Source: Balanoglossus misakiensis
Taxonomy: Eukaryota; Animalia; Hemichordata
Length of the DNA stretch: 64,000 nucleotides
Direction of reading: 5' to 3'
Assembly: GCA_040954595.2 (NCBI GenBank)
Contig: CM082592.2
Span: forward strand, 620,001-684,000
Positions within the stretch are counted from its first letter, which is position 1. Each line of letters opens with the position of its first letter. Under the pieces are notes generated by a model. It worked only from the letters and a program-made list of their open reading frames with translations, was not told where the DNA came from and searched no databases. Below, one piece after another: positions 1-11,700 of this stretch. Both the position numbers and the translations under genes were made by a program.

Positions 1-699
1 TTGGATAAAGCCCCGGCACTCTAGAGCAGAAACACGCGTACAGAGACCACGTTGATCAAGTCTGATCTCCTACGGCTTGGCTCGACTAAAACCATGGCAC
101 ACTATGACAGACACTAGCGTTCGTTAGCAACGTTGATCAAGTCAGATTTCCTACGGCATGGCTTGGCTAAAGCCCTGGCACTCTAGAGCAGAAACACGCG
201 TACAGAGACCACGTTGATCTACTCACATTTCCTTCGGCCTGGCACGGCTGATGCCCCGGCACTATATATAGGACACAGACTGGCGTAAGTTAACAACGGT
301 AATCACGTCGGGTTTCCTACGGCCTGGCTCAGCTGAAGCCCCGGCACTCTAGAGCAGAAACAGGCGTACATTGACCACGTTGATCAAGTCAGATTTCCTG
401 CGGCGTGACTCGGCTGGTGCACCGGCTCTATATGACACAGACTGGCGCAAGTTATCAACGGTGATTACGTCGGATTTCCTACGGCCTGGTTTAGCTGAAG
501 CCCCGGCACTTTAGAGCGGAAACACGCGTACATTGACCACGATGATCAAGTCAGATCTCCTACGGCCTGGCTCGACTAAAACCCCGGCACACCATGACAG
601 ACACTAGCGTTCGTTAGCAACGGTGATCAAGTCGGATTTCCTTCGGCCTGGCTCTGCAAAAGACCCGACACTCTAGTACAAAGACGTTGGCTAAGTCGG

Positions 700-944
700 G
701 CAAACCGAACAGGGAAAGTCACAGCGGTTCAACACTTGACATTTGTTCCGGTAGGACTGCATTATTGCCTGTCAATTTATAGAGAAAGCCCGAATTTAAC
801 CAGGGCGTTTCAAACACCGACGTTAGTTGGGGGCACGGCCTGCAGTACTGCCGGGTAAGCTGACATCGGCGTACCGCATATAATGTAGGGGGGGGGGGAC
901 AGAACGGTTCAATACTACATTTATTAGATATCAGCTAATTTTGG
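700..944 (+). other. Conserved non-repetitive core of the unit: short palindromes, G-run, nested inverted repeat (example; in all units except one)
   Basis: Contains GGCGTTTCAAACACC, CCGACGTTAGTTGG, GCAGTACTGC and GCTGACATCGGC. AGCTGACATC (858-867) pairs with GATATCAGCT (927-936), and AATGTAG (882-888) pairs with CTACATT (915-921), enclosing the G-run. Function unknown. Confidence 0.75.
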
Positions 945-1805
945 ACAATCATCTAAAATCTAAATCATTTTTTCATATTTGGATATCTGATGATGTATGA
1001 AATTTCCATTACATGTAAAAATGGTGCTGATTATAAAAAATGCATTCTGATTTAATACAAAATTGCGTTTTATTCGTTTTTACACCAAAAAGGTCATTTT
1101 TAGGCAAAACATTCTTTATTTTTTTAATTCGGTGACCTGATCATATATAAACAATTGCTTGTATGTTAAAAGTTTTTATGACTTTTAAAAGCAGTGACAC
1201 TGGCGGCATTCAACACGAAAATAACAATTTTAGCCACAATTTGGTCAAAATGGTAAATTTTTGAAAATTACAAAAAAATACCTGTTTTCTACATTTTCGG
1301 AAATCTGATGGAGTATAGAATGCTCTTCGTATGTATATATCGATACAAATTCCACAAAAGACCGTCTAATTTGGCTCACTGCAGACAAAATGCGTTTTAC
1401 CAAATTTTCCTTGAAAATGTCATTTTTAGAAGAAAAAAAAATAAAAAAACCTTTGTTCTTCGAATTTGGTGCCCTGATCATATATGACATGTTGATTGTA
1501 TGTTAAAACTTTCGACCACTCCAAAAATGCAGATATATTGACGGAATTCAAGAAAAAATAGCCATTTTGGCCATATTTTGACTAAAATGGTAAATTTTTA
1601 AAAAATCTTAAAAAAATAACTCTTTTCTTCATTTTCCGAAATATTATGGAGCATGAAGTGTCGTTCTCTTGTAAGAAGTGCAGCAAATTCCAGAAAAGGC
1701 GGTATAATTTGAATCACCCAAGACAAAATTACCATTTTCGACTTTTTTTCGAAAAATTGTCTTTTTTACAAAATAAATAAGAATAAATTCTTTTCTTAGT
1801 TTCAA
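930..1805 (+). repeat. AT-rich sub-array of ~167-bp diverged monomers (example; present in every unit)
   Basis: Homologous anchors: CATATTTGGATATCTGAT (974), AATTCGGTGACCTGAT (1126), CATTTTCGGAAATCTGAT (1292), GAATTTGGTGCCCTGAT (1462), CATTTTCCGAAATATTAT (1630). Monomers 1/3/5 resemble each other, as do 2/4. The block is rich in A/T tracts. Confidence 0.85.
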
Positions 1806-1854
1806 ACGGGTAGAGATACTTTCCACAAGGGTTTTCTAACATTGAATTCCCGTT

Positions 1855-2720
1855 CATCAACTCAGATTTCCTACAGCATAAGTCGGCTAAAATCCTGACA
1901 CTCTAGAGCAGAAACAGTTGCACACTGGTAACGTTGAACAAGTCGATTTTTCTATGGCCTGGCTCGGCTAAATCTACGTCACAATATGACAGACACTAGC
2001 GTACGTTAGCAACGGTGATCAAGTCAGATTTTCTACGGCATGGCTTGGATAAAGCCCCGGCACTCTAGAGCAGAAACACGCGTACAGAGACCACGTTGAT
2101 CAAGTCTGATCTCCTACGGCTTGGCTCGACTAAAACCCCGGCACACTATGACAGACACTAGCGTTCGTTAGCAACGTTGATCAAGTCAGATTTTCTACGG
2201 CATGGCTTGGCTAAAGCCCTGGCACTCTAGAGCAGAAACACGCGTACAGAGACCACGTTGATCTACTCACATTTCCTTCGGCCTGGCACGGCTGATGCCC
2301 CGGCACTATATATATGACACAGACTGGCGTAAGTTAACAACGGTAATCACGTCGGGTTTCCTACGGCCTGGCTCAGCTGAAGCCCCGGCACTCTAGAGCA
2401 GAAACAGGCGTACATTGACCACGTTGATCAAGTCAGATTTCCTACGGCGTGACTCGGCTGGTGCACCGGCTCTATATGACACAGACTGGCGTAAGTTATC
2501 AACGGTGATTACGTCGGATTTCCTACGGCCTGGTTTACCTGAAGCCCCGGTACTTTAGAGCGGAAACACGCGTACATTGACCACGATGATCAAGTCAGAT
2601 CTCCTACGGCCTGGCTCGACTAAAACCCCGGCACACCATGATAGACACTAGCGTTCGTTAGCAACGGTGATCAAGTCGGATTTCCTTCGGCCTGGCTCTG
2701 CAAAAGACCCGACACTATAG
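1855..2720 (+). repeat. GC-rich sub-array of ~81-bp monomers, alternating A/B types (example; present in every unit)
   Basis: The anchor GATCAAGTC(A/T)GATTTCCTACGGC recurs every 81 bp (e.g. 54, 135, 216). Monomers alternate between ...CTCTAGAGCAGAAACACGCGTACA... (A) and ...ATGACAGACACTAGCGTTCGTTAGCAACG... (B). There are about 9-15 monomers per unit. Confidence 0.93.
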
Positions 2721-5700
2721 TACAAAGACGTTGGCTAAGTCGGGCAAACCGAAGAGGGAAAGTCACAGCGGTTTAACACTTGACATTTGTTCGGGTAGGA
2801 CTGCATTATTGCCTGTCAATTTATAGAGAAAGCCCGAATTTAACCAGGGCGTTTCAAACACCAACGTTAGTTGGGGGCACGGCCTGCAGTACTGCCGGGT
2901 AAGCTGACATCGGCGTACCGCATATAATGTGGGGGGGGGGGGGGGGGACAGAACGGTTCAATACTACATTTATTAGATATCAGCTAATTTTGGACAATCA
3001 TCTAAAATCTAAATCATTTTTTTATATTTGGATATCTGATGATGTATGAAATTTCCATTACATGTAAAAATGGTGCTGATTATAAAAAATGCATTCTGAT
3101 TTAATACAAAATTGCGTTTAATTCGTTTTTGCACCAAAAAGGTCATTTTTAGGCAAAACATTCTTTATTTTTTTAATTCGGTGACCTGATCATATATAAA
3201 CAATTGCTTGTATGTTAAAAGTTTTTATGACTTTTAAAAGCAGTGACACTGGCGGCATTCAACACGAAAATAACAATTTTAGCCACAATTTGGTCAAAAT
3301 GGTAAATTTTTGAAAATTACAAAACAATACCTGTTTTCTACATTTTCGGAAATCTGATGGAGTATAGAATGCTCTTCGTATGTATATATCGATACAAATT
3401 CCAAAAAAAAGACCGTCTAATTTGGCTCACTGCAGACAAAATTGCGTTTTACCAAATTTTCCTTGAAAATGTCATTTTTAGAAGAAAAAAAAATAAAAAA
3501 ACCTTTGTTCTTCGAATTTGGTGCCCTGATCATATATGACATGTTGATTGTATGTTAAAACTTTCGACCACTCCAAAAATGCAGATATATTGACGGAATT
3601 CAAGGAAAAATAGCCATTTTGGCCATATTTTGACAAAAATGGTAAATTTTTAAAAAATCATAAAAAAATAACTCTTTTCTTCATTTTCCGAAATATTATG
3701 GAGCATGAAGTGTCGTTCTCTTGTAAGAAGTGCAGCAAATTCCAGAAAAGGCGGTATAATTTGAATCACCCAAGACAAAATTACCATTTTCGACTTTTTT
3801 TTCGAAAAATTGTCTTTTTTACAAAATAAATAAGAATAAATTCTTTTCTTAGTTTCAAACGGGTAGAGATACTTTCCACAAGGGTTTTCTAACATTGAAT
3901 TCCCGTTCATCAACTCAGATTTCCTACAGCATAAGTCGGCTAAAACCCTGACACTCTAGAGCAGAAACAGTTGCACACTGGTAACGTTGAACAAGTCGAT
4001 TTTTCTATGGCCTGGCTCGGCTAAATCTACGTCACAATATGACAGACACTAGCGTACGTTAGCAACGGTGATCAAGTCAGATTTTCTACGGCATGGCTTG
4101 GATAAAGCCCCGGCACTCTAGAGCAGAAACACGCGTACAGAGACCACGTTGATCTACTCACATTTCCTTCGGCCTGGCACGGCTGATGCCCCGGCACTAT
4201 ATATAGGACACAGACTGGCGTAAGTTAACAACGGTAATCACGTCGGGTTTCCTACGGCCTGGCTCAGCTGAAGCCCCGGCATTCTAGAGCAGAAACAGGC
4301 GTACATTGACCACGTTGATCAAGTCAGATTTCCTACGGCGTGACTCGGCTGGTGCACCGGCTCTATATGACACAGACTGGTGTAAGTTATCAACGGTGAT
4401 TACGGCGGATGTCCTACGGCCTGGTTTAGCTGAAGCCCCGGCACTTTAGAGCGGAAACACGCGTACATTGACCACGATGATCAAGTCAGATCTCCTACGG
4501 CCTGGCCCGACTAAAACCCCGGCACACCATGACAGACACTAGCGTTCGTTAGCATCGGTGATCAAGTCGGATTTCCTTCGGCCTGGCTCTGCAAAAGACC
4601 CGACACTCTAGTACAAAGACGTTGGCTAAGTCGGGCAAACCGAAGAGGGAAAGTCACAGCGGGTCAACACTCGACATTTGTTCCGGTAGGACTGCATTAT
4701 TGCCTGTCAATTTATAGAGAAAGCCCGAATTTAACCAGGGCGTTTCAAACACCGACGTTAGTTGGGGGCACGGCCTGCAGTACTGCCGGGTAAGCTGACA
4801 TCGGCGTACCGCATATAATGTAGGGGGGGGACAGAACGGTTCAATACTACATTTATTAGATATCAGCTAATTTTGGACAATCATCTAAAATCTAAATAAT
4901 TTTTTTTTATATTTGGATATCTGATGATGTATGAAATTTCCATTATATGTAAAAATGGTGCTGATTATAAAAAATGCACTCTGAATGAGCTGATTTAATA
5001 CAAAATTGCGTTTTATTCGTTTTTGCACCAAAAAGGTCATTTTTAGGCAAAACATTCTTTATTTTATAAATTCGGTGACCTGATCATATATAAACAATTG
5101 CTTGTATGTTAAAAGTTTTTATGACTTTTAAAAGCAGTGACACTGGCGGCATTCAACACGAAAATAACAATTTTAGCCACAATTTGGTCAAAATGGTAAA
5201 TTTTTGAAAATTACAAAAAATACCTGTTTTCTACATTTTCGGAAATCTGATGGAGTATAGAATGCTCTTCGTATGTATATATCGATACAAATTCCACAAA
5301 AGACCGTCTAATTTGGCTCACTGCAGACAAAATTGCGTTTTACCAAATTTTCCTTGAAAATGTCATTTTTAGAAGAAAAAAAAATAAAAAAAACCTTTGT
5401 TCTTCGAATTTGGTGCCCTGATCATATATGACATGTTGATTGTATGTTAAAACTGTCGACCACTCCAAAAATGCAGATATATTGACGGAATTCAAGAAAA
5501 AATAGCCATTTTGGCCATATTTTGACAAAAATGGTAAATTTTTAAAAAATCATAAAAAATTAACTCTTTTCTTCATTTTCGGAAATATTATGGAGCATGA
5601 AGTGTCGTTCTCTTGCAAAAAGTGCTGCAAATTCCAGAAAAGGCGGTATAATTTGAATCACCCAAGACAAAATTACCATTTTCAACTTTTTTTCGAAAAA

Positions 5701-8700
5701 TTGTCTTTTTTACAAAATAAATAAGAATAAATTCTTTTCTTAGTTTCAAACGGGTAGAGATACTTTCCACACGGGTTTTCTAACATTGAATTCCCGTTCA
5801 TCAACTCAGATTTCCTACAGCATAAGTCGGCTAAAACCCTGACACTCTAGAGCAGAAACAGTTGCACACTGGTAACGTTGAACAAGTCGATTTTTCTACG
5901 GCCTGGCTCGGCTAAATCTCCGTCACAATATGACAGACACTAGCGTACGTTAGCAACGGTGATCAAGTCAGATTTTCTACGGCATGGCTTGGATAAAGCC
6001 CCGGCACTCTAGAGCAGAAACACGCGTACAGAGACCACGTTGATCAAGTCTGATCTCCTACGGCTTGGCTCGACTAAAACCCCGGCACACTATGACAGAC
6101 ACTAGCGTTCGTTAGCAACGTTGATCAAGTCAGATTTCCTACGGCTTGGCTTGGCTAAAACCCTGGCACTCTAGAGCAGAAACACGCGTACAGAGACCAC
6201 GTTAATCTACTCACATTTCCTTCGGCCTGGCACGGCTGATGCCCCGGCACTATATATATGACACAGACTGGCGTAAGTTAACAACGGTAATCACGTCGGG
6301 TTTCCTACGGCCTGGCTCAGCTGAAGCCCCGGCACTCTAGAGCAGAAACAGGCGTACATTGACCACGTTGATCATGTCAGATTTCCTACGGCCTGGCTCG
6401 ACTAAAACCCCGGCACACCATGACAGACACTAGCGTTCGTTAGCAACGGTGATCAAGTCGGATTTCCTTCGGCCTGGCTCTGCAAAAGACCCGACACTCT
6501 AGTACAAAGACGTTGGCTAAGTCGGGCAAACCGAAGAGGGAATGTCACAGCGGGTCAACACTCGACATTTGTTCGGGTAGGACTGCATTATTGCCTGTCA
6601 ATTTATAGAGAAAGCCCGAATTTAACCAGGGCGTTTCAAACACCGACGTTAGTTGGGGGCACGGCCTGCAGTACTGCCGGGTAAGCTTACATCGGCGTAC
6701 CGCATATAATGTAGGGGGGGGGGGACAGAACGGTTCAATACTACATTTATTAGATATCAGCTAATTTTGGACAATCATCTAAAATCTAAATCATTTTTTC
6801 ATATTTGGATATCTGATGATGTATGAAATTTCCATTTTATGTAAAAATGGTGCTGATTATAAAAAATGCACTCTGAATGAGCTGATTTAATACAAAATTG
6901 CGTTTTTGCACCAAAAAGGTCATTTTTAGGCAAAACATTCTTTATTTTTTTAATTCGGTGACCTGATCATATATAAACAATTGCTTGTATGTTAAACGTT
7001 TTTATGACTTTTAAAAGCAGTGACACTGGCGGCATTCAACACGAAAATAACAATTTTAGCCACAATTTGGTCAAAATGGTAAATTTTTGAAAATTACAAA
7101 AAAGACCTGTTTTCTACATTTTCGGAAATCTGATGGAGTATAGAATGCTCTTCGTATGTATATATCGATACAAATTCCACAAAAGACCGTCTAATTTGGC
7201 TCACTGCAGACAAAATTGCTTTTTACCAAATTTTCCTTGAAAATGTCATTTTTAGAAACGAAACTAAAAAAACCTTTGTTCTTCGAATTTGGTGCCCTGA
7301 TCATATATGACATGTTGATTGTATGTTAAAACTTTCGACCACTCCAAAAATGCAGAGATATTGACGGAATTCAATAAAAAATAGCCATTTTGGCCATATT
7401 TTGACAAAAAAGGTAAATTTTTAAAAAATCATAAAAAATTAACTCTTTTCTTCATTTTCGGAAATATTATGGAGCATGAAGTGTCGTTCTCTTGTAAAAA
7501 GTGCTGCAAATTGCAGAAAAGGCGGTATAATTTGAATCACCCAAGACAAAATTACCATTTTCGACTTTTTTTCGAAAAATTGTCTTTTTTACAAAATAAA
7601 TAAGAATAAATTCTTTTCTTAGTTTCAAACGGGTAGAGATACTTTCCACACGGGTTTTCTAACATTGAATTCCCGTTCATCAACTCAGATTTCCTACAGC
7701 ATAAGTCGGCTAAAACCCTGACACTCTAGAGCAGAAACAGTTGCACACTGGTAACGTTGAACAAGTCGATTTTTCTACGGCCTGGCTCGGCTAAATCTCC
7801 GTCACAATATGACAGACACTAGCGTACGTTAGCAACGGTGATCAAGTCAGATTTTCTACGGCATGGCTTGGATAAAGCCCCGGCACTCTAGAGCAGAAAC
7901 ACGCGTACAGAGACCACGTTGATCAAGTCTGATCTCCTACGGCTTGGCTCGACTAAAACCCCGGCACACTATGACAGACACTAGCGTTCGTTAGCAACGT
8001 TGATCAAGTCAGATTTCCTACGGCTTGGCTTGGCTAAAACCCTGGCACTCTAGAGCAGAAACACGCGTACAGAGACCACGTTAATCTACTCACATTTCCT
8101 TCGGCCTGACACGGCTGATGCCCCGGCACTATATATAGGACACAGACTGGCGTAAGTTAACAACGGTAATCACGTCGGGTTTCCTACGGCCTGGCTCAGC
8201 TGAAGACCCGGCGCTCTAGAGCAGAAACAGGCGTACATTGACCACGTTGATCAAGTCAGATTTCCTACGGCGTGACTCGGCTGGTGCACCGGCTCTATAT
8301 GACACAGATTGGCGTAAGTTATCAACGGTGATTACGTCGGATTTCCTACGGCCTGGTTTAGCTGAAGCCCCGGCACTTTAGAGCGGAAACACGCGTACAT
8401 TGACCACGATGATCAAGTCAGATCTCCTACGGCCTGGCTCGACTAAAACCCTGGCACACCATGACAGACACTAGCGTTCGTTAGCAACGGTGATCAAGTC
8501 GGATTTCCTTCGGCCTGGCTCTGCAAAAGACCCGACACTCTAGTACAAAGACGTTGGCTAAGTCGGGCAAACCGAACAGGGAAAGTCACAGCGGGTCAAC
8601 ACTCGACATTTGTTCCGGTAGGACTGCATTATTGCCTGTCAATTTATAGAGAAAGCCCGAATTTAACCAGGGCGTTTCAAACACCGACGTTAGTTGGGGG

Positions 8701-11700
8701 CACGGCCTGCAGTACTGCCGGATAAGCTGACATCAGCGTACCGCATATAATGTAGGGGGGGGGGGGAAAGAACGGTTAAATACTACATTTATCAGATATC
8801 AGCTAATTTTGGACAATCATCTAAAATGTAAATCATCTTTTTCATATTTGGATATCTGATGATGTATGAAATTTCCAATATATGTAAAAATGGTGCTGAT
8901 TATAAAAAATGCACTCTGAATGAGCTGATTTAATACAAAATTGCGTTTTATTCGTTTTTGCACCAAAAAGGTCATTTTTAGGCAAAACATTCTTTATTTT
9001 TTTAATTCGGTGACCTGATCATATATAAGCAATTGCTTGCATGTTAAAAGTTTTTATGACTTTTAAAAGCAGTGACACTGGCGGCATTCAACACGAAAAT
9101 AACAATTTTAACCACAATTTGGTCAAAATGGTAAATTTTTGAAAATTACAAAAAATACCTGTTTTCTACATTTTCGGAAATCTGATGGAGTATAGAATGC
9201 TCTTCGTATATATATATCGATACAAATTCCACAAAAGACCGTCTAATTTGGCTCACTGCAGACAAAATTGCGTTTTACCAAATTTTCCTTGAAAATGTCA
9301 TTTTTAGAAAAATAAAATAAAAAAACCTTCGTTCTTCGAATTTGGTGCCCTGATCATATATGATATGTTGATTGTATGTTAAAACTTTCGACCACTCCAA
9401 AAATGCAGAGATATTGACGGAATTCAAGAAAAAATAGCCATTTTGGCCATATTTTGACAAAATGGTACATTTTTAAAAAATCATAAAAAATAAACTCTTT
9501 TCTTCATTTTCGGAAATATTATGGAGCATGAAGTGTCCTTCTCTTGTAAAAAGTGCTGCAAATTCCAGAAAATGTGGTATAATTTGAATCACCCAAGACA
9601 AAATTACCATTTTCGACTTGTTTTCGAAAAATTGTCTTTTTTACAAAATAAATAAGAATAAATTCTTTTCTTAGTTTCAAACGGGTAGAGATACTTTCCA
9701 CACGGGTTTTCTAACATTGAATTCCCGTTCATCAACTCAGATTTCCTACAGCATAAGTCGGCTAAAACCCTGACACTCTAGAGCAGAAACAGTTGCACAC
9801 TGATAACGTTGAACAAGTCGATTTTTCTACGGCCTGGCACGGCTAAATCTCGTCACAATATGACAGACACTAGCGTACGTTAGCAACGGTGATCAAGTCA
9901 GATTTTCAACGGCATGGGTTGGATAAAGCCCCGGCACTCTAGAGCAGAAACACGCGTACAGAGACCACGTTGATCAAGTCTGATCTCCTACGGCTTGGCT
10001 CGACTAAAACCCCGGCACACTATGACAGACACTAGCGTTCGTTAGCAACGTTGATCAAGTCAGATTTCCTACGGCATGGCATTGCTAAAGCCCTGACACT
10101 CTAGAGCAGAAACACGCGTACAGAGACCACGTTGATCTACTCACATTTCCTTCGGCCTGGCACGGCTGATGCCCCGGCACTATATATAGGACACAGACTG
10201 GCGTAAGTTAACAACGGTAATCACGTCGGGTTTCCTACGGCCTGGCTCAGCTGAAGCCCCGGCACTCTAGAGCAGAAACAGGCGTACATTGACCACGTTG
10301 ATCAAGTCAGATCTCCTACGGCCTGGCTCGACTAAAACCCCGGCACACCATGACAGACACTAGCGTTCGTTAGCAACGGTGATCAAGTCGGATTTCCTTC
10401 GGCCTGGCTCTGCAAAAGACCCGACACTCTAGTACAAAGACGTTGGCTAAGTCGGGCAAACCGAACAGGGAAAGTCACAGCGGGTCAACACTCGACATTT
10501 GTTCCGGTAGGACTGCATTATTGCCTGTCAATTTATAGAGAAAGCCCGAATTTAACCAGGGCGTTTCAAACACCGACGTAAGTTGGGGGCACGGCCTGCA
10601 GTACTGCCGGGTAAGCTGACATCAGCGTACCGCATATAATGTAGGGGGGGGGGGGAACAGAACGGTTAAATACTACATTTATCAGATATCAGCTAATTTT
10701 GGACAATCATCTAAAATGTAAATCATCTTTTCATATTTGGATATCTGATGATGTATGAAATTTCCAATATATGTAAAAATGGTGCTGATTATAAAAAATG
10801 CACTCTGAATGAGCTGATTTAATACAAAATTGCGTTTTATTCGTTTTTGCACCAAAAAGGTCATTTTTAGGCAAAACATTCTTTATTTTTTTAATTCGTT
10901 GACCTGATCATATATAAGCAATTGCTTGCATGTTAAAAGTTTTTATGACTTTTAAAAGCAGTGACACTGGCGGCATTCAACACGAAAATAACAATTTTAA
11001 CCACAATTTGGTCAAAATGGTAAATTTTTGAAAATTACAAAAAATACCTGTTTTCTACATTTTCGGAAATCTGATGGAGTATAGAATGCTCTTCGTATAT
11101 ATATATCGATACAAATTCCACAAAAGACCGTCTAATTTGGCTCACTGCAGACAAAATTGCGTTTTACCAAATTTTCCTTGAAAATGTCATTTTTAGAAAA
11201 CAAACTAAAAAAACCTTTGTTCTTCGAATTTGGTGCCCTGATCATATATGACATGTTGATTGTATGTTAAAACTTTCGACCACTCCAAAAATGCAGAGAT
11301 ATTGACGGAATTCAATAAAAAATAGCCATTTTGGCCATATTTTGACAAAAAAGGTAAATTTTTAAAAAATCATAAAAAATTAACTCTTTTCTTCATTTTC
11401 GGAAATATTATGGAGCATGAAGTGTCGTTCTCTTGTAAAAAGTGCTGCAAATTGCAGAAAAGGCTGTATAATTTGAATCACCCAAGACAAAATTACCATT
11501 TTCGACTTTTTTTTCGAAAAATTGTCTTTTTTACAAAATAAATAAGAATAAATTCTTTTCTTAGTTTCAAACGGGTAGAGATACTTTCCACACGGGTTTT
11601 CTAACATTGAATTCCCGTTCATCAACTCAGATTTCCTACAGCATAAGTCGGCTAAAATCCTGACACTCTAGAGCAGAAACAGTTGCACACTGGTAACGTT

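Noticed and set aside
135-172. U2 snRNA-like words (GATCAAGT, TTGGCTAA)
   Set aside because: The order is reversed relative to U2, and there is no GTAGTA branch-pairing sequence in the right place.
54-700. 81-bp repeats as a CRISPR array
   Set aside because: The would-be spacers are homologous to each other and repeat in every unit. There are no cas genes, and the context is eukaryotic.
790-870. Annotating a functional 5S rRNA gene
   Set aside because: Similarity is partial and gapped, with no intact box C, 5' half or terminator. Kept only as a hypothesis under findings.
981-1010. CTGATGA-tgtat-GAAA-tttc as a hammerhead ribozyme core
   Set aside because: There is no stem II, and stem I cannot form around the putative cleavage site. 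The motif is a variant of the AT-monomer anchor (CTGATGG, CTGATCA in sister monomers).
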